DNA of 32,000 nt, taken from the NCBI GenBank assembly GCA_002794465.1, contig MTSL01000174.1:74484-106483 (forward strand), given 5' to 3'. The notes below the pieces were generated by a model. That model had not been told where the DNA came from and ran no database searches. It saw only the letters and a list, made by a program, of their open reading frames with translations. The DNA is from Paramicrosporidium saccamoebae KSL3 (Eukaryota > Fungi > Cryptomycota). The first letter of the stretch is position 1; each line of letters begins with the position of its first letter. Positions 9,846 to 21,543 of the stretch are shown piece after piece. A program made the position numbers and the translations under genes.

Positions 9846-11547
9846 TTAGAGAGGTATGTTTCCGTGCTTTTTCCACAGATTCGTCTGCTTTTTATTGCGG
9901 AGAATCTGCAGATCACGGATCAAAATGGAACGGGTGAGGGCGGGATCAATAATATCGTCAATATAGCCTCGCTGGGCTGCTGGCATCGGGTTGGCAAATT
10001 TTGTCTGGTACTCGTCCGTCTTTTCTTGTTGAACCTTTTTATCTACACCTCGGAAAATGACCTCCACTGCTGCCTTGGCTCCCATGACTGCAATCTCTGC
10101 GGTAGGCCAGGCATAATTTACATCCCCTCGAAGGTGTTTGCTACTCATCACGTCATATGCACCGCCATATGCCTTTCGCAGGATAACTGTCATTTTGGGG
10201 ACAGTGGCTTCTGCATAGGCGTACAGCAGTTTGGCTCCGTGTCGGATGATGCCACCGTGTTCCTGGGCGGTGCCGGGGAGGAAGCCGGGCACATCCACCA
10301 AGGTGAGGAGAGGCAAATGGAAGGCATCGCAGAAACGAACAAATCGAGCCGCTTTAACCGAGGCATTAATGTCCAATACGCCAGACGACACTAGCGGCTG
10401 ATTACCAATGATACCGATGGGCTGTCCATTTAGTCGAGCAAATCCAACAACAATGTTCTTGGCATGCTCGGGCATAATCTCAAAAAAGTCTTCCTCGTCC
10501 ACAATCCGTCGGATGGCCTCCTTCATATCATAGGCCTCGGTGGAATTCCACGGGACCAGATTCTTCAGGACTGGATCACTTCTGCTAGGCGAATCTTCGG
10601 GAGATCTGATTGGTGGAGCTTCCCGATTAGAAGATGGCAAAAAGGATAAGAATTCACGCAGTTTTCTGATGGCGACAATTTCATTCTCAAATGCACCATG
10701 TGCCACCCCTGATTTGACCGTATGTGCTGTTGCACCCCCCAATTGTTCTTGGGTGACAGTCTCGTTAGTGACAGCACGTACGACATCGGGTCCAGTGACA
10801 AAGAGATGAGATGTGTCGCGCACCATAAAGATAAAGTCTGTCAGGGCGGGAGAATACACTGCCCCTCCAGCACAGGGTCCCATGATCATTGAGATTTGCG
10901 GAATAACCCCCGATGCCTGCACATTTCGCAAGAAAATGTCCGCATAGCCGGCCAGCGAATCAACTCCCTCCTGGATTCGAGCACCGCCCGAGTCGTTGAG
11001 ACCGATTACTGGGACGCCAGACTGCACTGCCTGGTCCATTATTTTGCAAATCTTGGCAGCATGCATCTTGGAGAGACTGCCTCCAAAAGCGGTGAAATCT
11101 TGGGAAAAGACGTACACGGGCCGTCCCTCCACCAATCCATGTCCAGTGACCACGCCATCTCCCACAACCTGCCATTAGCAGTGTGCACCAAAAGTACTTT
11201 GTTACTGGACATGCCAAAGTCTTGACACGTATGTTCCACAAACGCATCCGTTTCGCGAAAAGTGTCCTTGTCCAAGAGCAGGCCGAGTCTCTCTCTGGCC
11301 GTCAACTTGCCCTACCAATTTCAACCCACTGAAGAGTTACTTTTTTATGCTGGGCGTCAATTCGCGCCTGTCCACCGCCCACCTTGGAGGCTTCTCGTTT
11401 TTCCTCGACCATCTTTAGCATAATCTACCACACTCAGCTACTTTATCGCTTCAAGTATACTGATTCCTTGGTCCGTGCATCAATACTATACAGTTTGTGA
11501 CATTGTCTGCCTGACAAACGCAGACAGCCCCGCGGATTGAACAGCAT
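9846..11547 (-). CDS. PCCB: Propionyl-CoA carboxylase beta subunit, mitochondrial; introns 11425-11460, 11312-11340, 11169-11197
   Basis: Spliced [15 protein letters not shown] (transit-like)...[21 protein letters not shown]...GDGVVTG...[20 protein letters not shown]...[16 protein letters not shown]...KKHGNIPL, typical of PCC-beta carboxyltransferase. Confidence 0.93.
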
Positions 11548-12048
11548 TAACACCGTTGGTCCGCTCTGATTGGCGGTGGTCCATGACGGCCTTTGACACT
11601 GGCAATCCCGACATCCTTTCCCTCTGGGATTTAACCCTAACCCATTGCGCATGTTATTTGGTGGCCGCTGTTTCTCGACCTTTCCAGCTTAGAAAAGGTC
11701 ATGGATGGGGTCGGTGTCATGGGAGTGGCATGCCGTTGTCGGCATGAGTATCTTGGTACGTCTGCTCTGCGACTTGCCCGAGACTGCCCTTTTGATGGAA
11801 ACAAAATCAAGTTTGTATTAGAAATAGATGGGGAGTGCATTGGCGGAGAGTTAGGGTACAGCGGTGACCGGAATGGGAAGTGATACAGGGCAAGGTTTGC
11901 AATACCATATCACGGTCAAGTGACAAAATTCTTAGTATTACTTCCACTGACCTGCCCTCAGTGGCGACATAGCTTAGGATATCTATGGACAAGCCGGAAT
12001 ACACTTGGCCGAAGAGAGACTGCAGACTTTGGTGCAGTAGCGACTTGA

Positions 12049-13269
12049 ATGCTAGCGTGTCTGGCAGCTCTTGGCATTCTCTACATAGTCAGAAGGATAC
12101 GAGAGGATACAGTGATAGATGAATGTATTCATAGACAAGAGTGGAGGCTCGTTGGCGAATATTATGTGCCATGGAATGTAGCCGTGGCCAGGATGTTCTT
12201 TGAAATCCTCCTTGTAGCCGGTCTCTGCTATCTTGCCCATAGGACCCGTCCCAATCCCAACACATTCCCGAAACACTACAGCACTCTGACGACTAAGGGA
12301 GTGAGTGGTCTGGTGGAGCGTCTTCTGGGCGGACGCACCCAGAACTTTATATACACCGACTTGGTGCTGGCATGGATGGTGCGCACCGAAACTGGTCTCT
12401 TCCTGGGGATTTTTGGCTCGTGGATTGCATTGGGCGAGACGGACGGGGTGGCAGATAGGATTGAGATGGGAACTATGCGCACAGAAGACAAGAATGCGGC
12501 GACGCAGCGTGAAGCAAACACCCTCAAAGCCGCTGGAAAGTATGAAGAAGCGTCGCGTCTATTTGAAAAGACGGCGGGACGAGTCACCTCAGAAGACCCT
12601 TATTCGGCGGCAGAGCTGTATGACGAGGCGGCCCGGTGTCGAAAAATGGTGCAGGATTTCACTGGCTATGAGGCCTTAACCATAAAGGCGGCGGAGCTGT
12701 TCAAAGCCAGGAATAGGGGAATACGAGCGGCTGGACTGTACGACAAACTGGCCAAGCATTATATGACTTTTGATTCGCGGGACACATTGCTAAAGGCCAA
12801 GGATTACTTTGGCAAGTCTCGTGATTTGTATGAAATTGAGAGCGATTCGCGGGCTGAGGCGCTTGGCATAGAAATTATAAGTCTCCATGCCAAATTGGGC
12901 GAGTATCGAAAGGCCGCTGACGGGTTCGTTGACGAGGCCGGTCGGATCTTTCAAAAAGACGCCATGTTTGTAAATCAGAGTCAACGATGTCTATTGTTTG
13001 CTGTGGCCTGTCTGGCCCTGGATGACGAAGTTTTGTGTTGTCGACAGATTGCCACATTTGCGGGACAATATTCCTGGTTTGCGAATAGCCGAGAGGGCAA
13101 GTGGGCATTAAAACTGAGTGATGCTCTACGTCAAGTTCCCTCCAATGAGTCTTATGTCGAGACACTGGAAGGGGATTTGCGGATGATGGCGTCCATGCCG
13201 GCCTGGTTCGAAAGGGCTTGGTCCATACTCAAGGATCGTCTCGAATCTCACAGTCACGATTTGACATGA
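12049..13269 (+). CDS. Alpha-SNAP/Sec17-like TPR protein with a hydrophobic N-terminal extension; true start unresolved
   Basis: Residues ~150-406 follow the SNAP pattern: EANTLKAAGKYEEASRLFEK, AAELYDEAARC, FANSREGK (Sec17 has FADSRES) and the C-terminal DLT. Residues 1-130 have three hydrophobic stretches. Confidence 0.7.
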   Translation: MLACLAALGILYIVRRIREDTVIDECIHRQEWRLVGEYYVPWNVAVARMFFEILLVAGLCYLAHRTRPNPNTFPKHYSTLTTKGVSGLVERLLGGRTQNFIYTDLVLAWMVRTETGLFLGIFGSWIALGETDGVADRIEMGTMRTEDKNAATQREANTLKAAGKYEEASRLFEKTAGRVTSEDPYSAAELYDEAARCRKMVQDFTGYEALTIKAAELFKARNRGIRAAGLYDKLAKHYMTFDSRDTLLKAKDYFGKSRDLYEIESDSRAEALGIEIISLHAKLGEYRKAADGFVDEAGRIFQKDAMFVNQSQRCLLFAVACLALDDEVLCCRQIATFAGQYSWFANSREGKWALKLSDALRQVPSNESYVETLEGDLRMMASMPAWFERAWSILKDRLESHSHDLT

Positions 13270-13406
13270 AATGTGATATTGGGAAATGTAGTATTTGGGG
13301 GCGGAGTCGACTTGGTATATCATTTGTGTGACTGTAAAGGGCCGTTGGATTAACAATAAAAGAATCTTGATCCTCTCTTGACCGATTCGTGGGTACCACA
13401 CCCATA

Positions 13407-13481
13407 CATCTAATACTGAGATAGGCACACTCGCGCATCTAATACTGAGATAGACACACCCACACATTCCACACATCTAAT
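13407..13481. repeat. Short direct repeat CATCTAATACTGAGATAG[G/A]CACAC x2 plus a partial third copy
   Basis: Copies at 13407 and 13436, partial at 13474; lies between convergent genes. Confidence 0.85.
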
Positions 13482-13529
13482 ATCAAAGTGGATACACTCA
13501 CTCCCTCACACTTTAATAATTGTTAATGT

Positions 13530-14636
13530 TTAAACAAGTTCTAATCTCGCAATTTTGGTGGCAGAAAGGAGGGCTCCAGCATGTCCATTGCAATTCATGT
13601 CAGGATGGATCCGTCCTGGCGCCGCTTGGTATGGACGTAGCCAGCTTTCACTGAATGCCACGTCAACAAAATCGTTATTCTTTCGCAACTCTATGTATGC
13701 GGGGAGTAGCAAGTCTCGCCAGGTAGAGTATACAACAACCCGAGCAGATGGTCGTAGCCACGGAGTAAGACGGTTGAGAATTTCCAGTGGATCCGACTTG
13801 CTAGTGGTGATGATCAGCGAATCAAACAGTGCTCCTGATACCCATGAACGCAGCAACTGGTGTCTCTTTCGACGGGTTTCATAGCGATTCTTTTGAATGG
13901 AAAGATGCTTGGGATCCGTTCCTGGTGCTTCAAAAAACTCTGGCTCCTCCACATCTAGTGCCCCCAGTGCCAGAGAGTGCAGACGCGAACGATACGACTC
14001 GTCTAGGTTAAAGTGGATAATCATTGGGACTTGCATCTGTCGGTCTGGATGGACGTTTAACACTTGGGTTGTGTTGCTAGTCTTTAAGAGTAGCACGCCC
14101 GAGAGGAATCCCAACGTTTCGTCCCAGACGAGACACTTTCCATGTTCGGCCTGAACATTGGCCTGACAGATCATCTGCGATAGAATATCCAGCCTCAAAT
14201 CCATGATTTTACGAGGATCGCGGGTCATAAAGTGCTGACAGAGTATCCTCACTGACGGCCGTCGGATAACAAACCAGCGTAAAAACTTTTTCTGCTTCCG
14301 TTGGACGTATTTTATCTGCGAGAATTCGTTTTTCTGTTCAAAAGTGTCGCTGTTCTTGATGAGAACGTCCACCATGCTGTGGGCATCTAGGTCGCCCGTG
14401 GCCACTTGCATTTTCAGTGCCTCGATATCAGTGGTCGTCAGTCTCTGACTAGTGTTTGTATCCAGGAGCGTCTGATTAGTGGCCGTGATTTCAGAAACGT
14501 CAGCCTCTACTTCTTCAGGCAGCATGCTACTCAAATTTCCACTACTTTCGATGCGAAAATAGCTACCGTCGCGCTGTCCTATCAACAACCGAGCTGCAAA
14601 CCGTCCAAACCTGCCCAACTCTACCGTACTACTCAT
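13530..14636 (-). CDS. TRM6: tRNA (adenine-58-N1)-methyltransferase non-catalytic subunit Trm6/Gcd10
   Basis: TFEQKNEFSQIKYVQRKQKKF, DLRLDILSQMICQANV, SESWLRPYQAAPGRIHPDM motifs. Confidence 0.92.
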   Translation of the reverse strand: MSSTVELGRFGRFAARLLIGQRDGSYFRIESSGNLSSMLPEEVEADVSEITATNQTLLDTNTSQRLTTTDIEALKMQVATGDLDAHSMVDVLIKNSDTFEQKNEFSQIKYVQRKQKKFLRWFVIRRPSVRILCQHFMTRDPRKIMDLRLDILSQMICQANVQAEHGKCLVWDETLGFLSGVLLLKTSNTTQVLNVHPDRQMQVPMIIHFNLDESYRSRLHSLALGALDVEEPEFFEAPGTDPKHLSIQKNRYETRRKRHQLLRSWVSGALFDSLIITTSKSDPLEILNRLTPWLRPSARVVVYSTWRDLLLPAYIELRKNNDFVDVAFSESWLRPYQAAPGRIHPDMNCNGHAGALLSATKIARLELV

Positions 14637-14765
14637 CAGTCACCATCACACACATACTCTTTCTCCTTTAGCTGTATCAGTCGCTCATACCCATCCGGAA
14701 GCTCCAGTATCACCCAGTCGCCCTCTCGCACTGCCATGAAACAAAATATTGATGTTTATTCGTAA

Positions 14766-15182
14766 ATGAATGCATACTTTGCCATTGTTGCCCGTGAAGA
14801 TAATCCGCTCTTTGAAGCGGAATTCTTTCGTCCCGATTACCTAACCAAACTGGAGAATGAGAAATGTCTGCACCAGTTCATTGCCCATGCCGCTCTAGAT
14901 ATGGTCGATGCGCTCATGTGGACTAATAATGGTCTCTACTTGAAAGTCGTCGACAGGTATGCAGAGTGGTTCGTCTCGGCTTTTATTGCGACCACTGGCG
15001 ACCGGTTTCTGCTTCTGCACGATGTACGAAATGAAGATTCAGTGCGGCAGTTTTTCAGCGAAGCGCATGAGCTCTATGTAAAATATACCGTCAATCCGTT
15101 TTACAAGAATGGATCGCCTGTACAGTCAGGCTCATTTGAAGTCAAGATCAGGTTGCTTGCCAAGCGATTTCTCGAAAAATAA
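14766..15182 (+). CDS. TRS20: TRAPP subunit Trs20 / sedlin
   Basis: YFAIVAREDNPLFEAEF, HQFIAHAALDMVD, LYLKVVDRY, FFSEAHELYVKYTVNPFY. Confidence 0.93.
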   Translation: MNAYFAIVAREDNPLFEAEFFRPDYLTKLENEKCLHQFIAHAALDMVDALMWTNNGLYLKVVDRYAEWFVSAFIATTGDRFLLLHDVRNEDSVRQFFSEAHELYVKYTVNPFYKNGSPVQSGSFEVKIRLLAKRFLEK

Positions 15183-15394
15183 ACCAACCATGTGTAAAGT
15201 AGCGGAATTATTAGTCGAGAACTGCGTGCTGGATGCTAGGTATTTGGCCCAAATACGGAAAGGAAAGCCAGAGACGAGCGATGGACTGTAATGAGAATAA
15301 TACTGACTCTCCAATTTTTGGGCGTATCCACGCCAGCTAGGAGCTGGGTCTCGTAGGAATCAATTCAACTCCCTTTTCGCTTGCAACAAAACAG

Positions 15395-15466
15395 TTCCGC
15401 ATCGGGGAATCGAACCCCGGCCGCCGCGGTGAAAGCGCGGAATCCTAGCCACTAGACCAATGCGGA
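15395..15466 (-). tRNA. tRNA-Glu (anticodon UUC), intronless
   Basis: Reverse complement tccgcattggtctagtggctaggattccgcgctttcaccgcggcggccggggttcgattccccgatgcgga: acceptor stem, D-loop TAGTGG, anticodon arm CCGCG-CTTTCAC-CGCGG, T-loop GGTTCGATTCC, followed by a TTTT run. Confidence 0.97.
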
Positions 15467-15595
15467 TGAAGGGACAGATCCAAACAACACTATTGGCCAA
15501 TGGCGAAAGGCATGGATTTTGCATTTTGATTGGCCATCGGCATGCAGCGGTATAATTACACAAGAGATCTGGAACACACACACTTTACGTTATTA

Positions 15596-18500
15596 ATGCC
15601 TTGGTATGTTTTTGTCGCATTAATATGGCTACTTGGTGTGGCATATTGTTCAGAGATTAGTGTGATCCTGGATACCCAAGAGCTCTATATTGATGATTTT
15701 GATTCTTGGAAAGCTCAAGGTTTGACAACAATCGACAATGTTCATGTTGATGGGATTGCTACTGCATACCTTTTCAGGCATTCTGAGCCGGGATCAGCAT
15801 TTGAAAAATTTCAAAGCATGCTGAGTATGGCAGATGGAAGTATCGATGACGTGCTCGTTGATACAGCGGCCGCCTTGAAAGAGTGCATTGCACGGATGAC
15901 ATCTGTTCAGTCCCCCCGAACCATTCTCGAAGGGGAACAGGAACAGATATTCAACAAACTGAATCTTGATAGAGTTGTGGAAGAGTCTATGCAGATTAAG
16001 GTCGGGAGAACCAATGTTGTCCGGACGCGTGAAATCAGCGATTATTCTCTCCATGAGGTCGAGCTGCAGCTATCAGCGCATGTTATAAGCAGAGAGGATC
16101 TAATTAGGCTTCTCTGGCAAAAATCAACGCTGATTGCAGATCTTGATCCAGATGCGGCGATGCAAGCCATTACAGATTCCCTAGACCTGATGAAAGAAGA
16201 TGGACAGTTTGTTCCCGTCGGTGGTATTGACAAAGTACCCGAACATATCCTACTCCGACTGACAACGCTCAATGTGCTGCCAGATGTGGTAACAAAGGCG
16301 GCAGAGACGATTCTGTCATTAGGGAACATTGCCGACACAAAGGATCTGGCCATGGCCCGCAACAAGGCCAGCGACAGCGTCAAGAAAGAAATGGCAATAG
16401 TGATGGACAGTAATCCTGAGATTGCAAATCTAGTGGATCCGTATGCAATATACAAGTCGAACCGTATCGGAGTACCCGAACTGGCGCTGAAGAATCTAGT
16501 AAAGGCATACACTCCCTCAGAACACTCGCCGTCAGGGAGGCCAGTCACCGCAACTGACAGCGATCTTCTTGCTGACTTTCAGTTTGTCCTTGACTATGTG
16601 CCGGGAATGGTGGAGAGGAAAGATGCCGAAAAGACCAATTCAAGAGGGGAGATGCCACCACGCAATCTGGAGAATATTGATGACTGGGACTTTGCCCAGT
16701 ATCTAGTAAAACTGCAGAGCTTGTGGACAAATATTCCCGATAATACCTTGGCAAAGATGTGGAGCGAACTGGAGCCGACCATTAGCAGATTCGTGTATCA
16801 GCCGCTGGTAGATAGGGGTGCAGATGCCAAACTTTTCAGTATCGTCAGAGATGTTGTCATGGACCTGATTGAGCGATCATACAACACAAAGGAAGATATG
16901 GAAATTTTTTTGGACTACTTGAAAGCTGCTCTTGTGGCTTGGGATCTGAAGAGCAAAGCGGTTGATTCTCCAGAACTGGAAAAATACCAAAAGTACATTG
17001 AGCGCGTCATGAATGAACCGGAAATGAAGCATTTTATTATCAAAGAGCTAGAAAGTATGACAACAGACCTGAGTGGTGATAATAAGCGGCCAATCCTACG
17101 CTTCAAAGCGTCATATGTCAACCACTTTGGGTCAGGCGGAGAAAAACTAAGGCATTTTAAGGATATTTTGGAAATGCCGCTCGCCCCTTCAGACGCCACT
17201 TTTCGTGAGACGATTTTGCAGTCAATTGACACAAAGGTACCATGAGGTTACAATATTTGCTTATTTTTAGTCTGCTTCAATAATTTTGAAATCATGGGGC
17301 GAGATGGATTTTGTCCACTTCAAGACATTTATACACCCTGACCCTGATACAAGCGATCGATACTGGGAGATTGCAAGAAGCCTCTATTACGAAATGGTAA
17401 TCCATCATGTTCTGTCCCTGCCCATTGAGAATATTCAGGCGGTCAATACACAGGTCGAGAGAATAATTCTGAGTGGCGATCCGCGCTGGTTCCTGGAAGA
17501 GTGCAGAAAGGTTTCAGCAGAATTTCAGCCTGAAAAAGGCTCCAACTGTCTCGTATTTCTGCACCGCCAGCACTCCAGTATGACAACGGTAAGTCTAGTT
17601 ATCCCTACTCATCTCTAGGAGGATTGGATCTGGGCCGGTCAAGCTGCTCGCAAGAATTCTGGCTTGGTCTGGAGCGTTCTTGATGCTGCTCCCGCAGAGG
17701 TACGGCCAAGGCTCTTGGAAGATATTGATGGTGACATTTGGGATGCTCTTATAAAGTCGGCCACAAATGATATCATTGAAGGTAATAATTATAGACGCGG
17801 TCCAATCTACATGCAAATGAGCAGGTATCTGGGAAGTGTTCTGGACAAGAGTTGCGATAGCAAGCTGGAACGATTCATAGGGCTTTCACCGATCGTCACG
17901 AGGATCATAAGTTCGTCCACTGACTCGCTGAAAAATTACATGGCCACAATGGAAGAGATGCTGCCAGGCTGTGTGCCACCAAGAATTTCCCCAAAGGTAC
18001 CGATTGATAAGACCAAACTCAACGAGAAATTGGCCGACATTACTACCAAATTTAAAGACTATGTTTTGGCATTTCCACTCATGTCACCAGACGAATTTCC
18101 AATCACCCAGTACGCTCCAGATATAGACCCAGTACTGGAGAAGGTGGCCAACGACTCTTCATGGGTTCAAATAGCGCGACTTGGTATGCTGGTCAGCAAT
18201 CCAACCGTACTGACTGGCCGAAGGATTACGATCATCGCTTCACTAAACAAGGAGGAGTCTCTGGAGAGCCTCTTGGATCAATTAGCGACGGCTAGCAGCG
18301 CTGGTAATGAAATGTTAACAAACGTCAATGACAAGGTGACATTTATCAAATTCTTGAACAAATTGGACATGAATTCGGCAAAAGTCCGGGCCGTTTACAT
18401 TGCTATTGTGAATAGTATCCTGGGCAAGTTACCAGAATGTACCAAAGACGTACAAGGCCCCGAAGCGGAAGCGGCGATGCATATTCTGCCAAAACTCATC

Positions 18501-20408
18501 CCTGACGAGCGATTGACCGTAGATATTTACAATGCCGCTGTCGGATTCACAAAGTCGGGATGTGCCAAGGACCTAGGTACACGCGACAGTTTCCTGAAGA
18601 AGATGAATGATTGGGATTACATGACGGATCAAAACCCTGCCGTTGGGATTATTTGGGCAGCATTCGCGAGCGATCCAACTGACACGCCCACTAATCTCGC
18701 CCATGCAGCACGTATGGCCATCAAGTACGGAGCAGAGGCCTTTTTGACCGTTGATAACTTGATAACCATACTTAACAATGGACGTTCTATAGCTACAAAT
18801 GAGGGACTACTTCGAGATCTTTCCAAGATTCCTGCCTTTGCCGAAATTTCCTTTTTGAAGGCTGTTCGTGCAAAGACAGAAATTCCCCTCAGCACCTTGA
18901 CTCCACGAGAATTCCAATACGACGATACTCTGCTTCCTGCGTACATGAGTGGGAACACGACCTTTGACCATGGGTACAGGGTGGAAATCTCCCATCATGA
19001 GTCTGACCAGACGCAGAGGTATCAGCTATCTGGAATCTATCCACGAGTTCCGCTGCCAAATGCAGGCACCACGAGATACAAACTATGTGGCAACTTGCAG
19101 GCTGAAGATGTACACCATATAGAGCTGGAGAATGTCAGGAAGATTCAACTGGAATGTCTTGAAGAGATGAGTGTGCCGGCAATAAGGTCTCTATTCGGAG
19201 ATGAGGCAATTTTGGAAAACATCCTCCCACCTCTAAGTGAGAACGTGGTCAAGAAGCTCGGGGCAGGACTTGTTGGACAATTAACAGACACTCAATATCA
19301 GGCGATGCATAATTCCTGGGCATTGTCGGATGCGAGGCATCCATATCGTGCTTTATTTGGCCAAGACATGTTAATTGACGCCATAATGAAAAGTGGAAAA
19401 GGCCCCTTGATTGAGGCTGAAGCATTCCTGATTCAAGATCGGCACTGGCTAAAAGCATTTCCAGGAGCCCGAGAAGACGTTGCCAAAAAAGTCTTGGCAA
19501 ATGTGTCTGCCCAAGGTTTTGAAAGTGAGCCGTTTGAATGGTTCGAGTATATTGATATAGGCATGTGGAAAAGCTTTGAAATGGCCATCCCTAATGATCT
19601 GAATTACTGTAGGAAGATGACTCGAGAATCCCATCCTTATCTGGTTCAGACGAGCTATGTCTGTCAGCTGCTTGCAGGAATCTGGCCTCCAGTAGAAGAA
19701 GCGCATAGAAGAACAACAACCTTTGAAGAGGTGGAGAGAAAGCGAGAGCAGGAGCGACTTGAAGAGTTGGCAAGAGAACAGGAGCGAGTTGAGGAGCTGA
19801 AAAAGGAAGAGGAGCGAGCTGAGGAGCTGAAAAAGGAAGAGGAGCGAGCTGAGGAGCTGAAAAGAGAAGAAGAGGCCAAAATACTACAGGGAACCATCTC
19901 GGACGGAAGCGCACCAAACTCTCAAGCCGCTACAAAACCAGCGAGTACATACCAACCACCTAGAATTACGCGGGTCCCAGTATCAAATACTGCTGGCAGT
20001 AGTTCTGGTGGCAAGTCTGGCGGTAAGTCTGGTGCTACTACTGGTGAGTCTAAGGATCCAAGTATCCAACCTCAATTCAATAACCCACCATCAGGCATTA
20101 CTTCAATCGCTGCACCGCTCAGCATTGCGATAGCCGCTGGCAGCTCGGAAGAAGTGCCTGCGACGGAGAATGCTCCGGGATTTTCATCTTACTTTTATTC
20201 TAGCTTTGCAGATCCCCACAAAACATCCTTCTCCGGTTGGCTCTACGAACTGTCTGTTGGGAACATGCTTAAAAGAGATAAGACTGGGGCCTCTATCTTG
20301 AAGTCTGTTGCATTTAAATGGATTATTGCTATAGTCACGACATTGGTGTCTATTTGTGTCTTGGCTGTGCCTTTGTATTATGTGTTTTTTAAGCGGCAGA
20401 CCGTATAG
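15596..20408 (+). CDS. Hypothetical ~1582-aa type I membrane protein; introns 17237-17270 and 17589-17618
   Basis: Three track ORFs (15530-17245, 17286-17618, 17664-20408) join exactly in frame through 34-nt and 30-nt GT-AG introns (4749 nt = 1583 codons). Signal-like MPWYVFVALIWLLGVAYC and C-terminal TM KWIIAIVTTLVSICVLAVPLYYVFF. No recognisable domain. Confidence 0.75.
19773..19875 (+). repeat. 30-bp coding tandem repeat (EERAEELKKE-type, about 3.5 copies)
   Basis: gaggagcgagctgaggagctgaaaaaggaa repeated. Confidence 0.93.
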
Positions 20409-20697
20409 AATTGCAAAGTGTTAATAAACAGTCTCCTGTCTATATTGACACTGTGGTAACACTCCCATCACACGAAAGATTGATCGGGAGGAACATAATT
20501 TAGAATGGATCAATTATGAAGGAAAAGAATGGCCCTATATTGATGAAACTGTAAATAAGGTGTTAGATTAGCAGCACGCAATACAATTTTTCCTAGTCTG
20601 ATAAATAATGTGGTATCACTCCATCTACGCAACAGAATAAACGCGTAACCGCCAAACAAAGGCGGAATACAACTTTGTCAAACAATCTGATTGGTCA

Positions 20698-21391
20698 ATG
20701 GAGGACAGCAGCTCGGGAGACGAGTCCCCGACATTTGCCGACTGGTTTACAAGTCTTTCAGGACGGTCCATCTACGCCAAGATACCAGTGACGTATTTTG
20801 AGGACGATTTTAACCTGTTCGAGGCACATGCCCTGCCCAATTTTGAAAACCTGCTTGAGATTGTCCTAGAAGATGACCCGCCGGACGATGAAATGGTCGA
20901 GGAACCAAGTGCGCGGGAGGCGCTGATCACCTTTTATGAGGTTGTTCATCAGCGATACATTACGAGTCGCGCTGGACTCCATGAGATGGTAAGCCTGTCC
21001 GAAACATAACTGATGGTTATGATAGTATGGAAAGTTTGTCCGTGGAGAATTTGGACGGTGTCCCAGGACACTTTGTCATGGAGAGTTTGTGCTTCCTTAT
21101 GGCGCCAGCACTAATCCCGGCCAGGCAACTTACAAGCTATACTGTCCACATTGCCAGGACGTGTACTTTCCCCCCTCCAGACGCCATGCCAAGCTTGATG
21201 GCGTGGGATTCGGGCCGACATTTTCTCATCTGTTAATTATGCACTATCGCGAAAAGTTTCCCGCTTTCCCTCCCCAAGGCGGAAGATGGGACACCTTTGT
21301 CCCTAAAGTATTTGGATTTCGCATCCACCACAGCAGCTCGATGGCTTGTGGAAGAGGTCAATTGCGATCGCGTCCCAACGGATACCGCTAA
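20698..21391 (+). CDS. CSNK2B: Casein kinase II regulatory (beta) subunit, divergent; intron 20989-21025
   Basis: EDDFNL, YEVVHQRYITSRAGL, then GEFGRCPRTLC...KLYCPHCQDVYFP...LDGVGFGPTF...FVPKVFGFRIH (zinc ribbon and C-terminal signature). Confidence 0.92.
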
Positions 21392-21476
21392 ACTTGTAAA
21401 TAAATGTAAGTAATCCAAAGTGCATGCTATGTGGAGGGTTTTTGTACAGTCTACTTATAGATAGCAAATACTTTTC

Positions 21477-21520
21477 AAGTGCCTCCACACGCCTCTTTAA
21501 GTGCCTCCACACACCTCTTT
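21477..21520. repeat. 22-bp tandem duplication
   Basis: aagtgcctccacacgcctcttt followed by aagtgcctccacacacctcttt. Confidence 0.92.
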
Positions 21521-21543
21521 AAATGACCTTTTACTAGACCTAA

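Noticed and set aside
9810-10394. 194-aa plus-strand ORF
   Set aside because: Antisense shadow of the conserved PCCB gene with no recognisable motifs; the same applies to most short overlapping ORFs in the track.
11632-11643. TAACCCTAACCC telomere-like motif
   Set aside because: Only two units; compatible with chance, though a promoter telobox cannot be excluded.
11641-12048. TGA readthrough, selenocysteine or an alternative genetic code upstream of the SNAP-like ORF
   Set aside because: TGA is an ordinary terminator elsewhere (2123, 5221); tiny introns or non-coding sequence explain the stops more simply; no SECIS was identified.
13407-13481. 24-nt direct repeats as CRISPR or transposon termini
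   Set aside because: Only two full copies with a 5-nt spacer; no transposase, inverted termini or target-site duplication.
15530-17245. Standalone 571-aa gene
   Set aside because: The stop lies inside a 34-nt GT-AG intron that joins exactly in frame to the next ORF.
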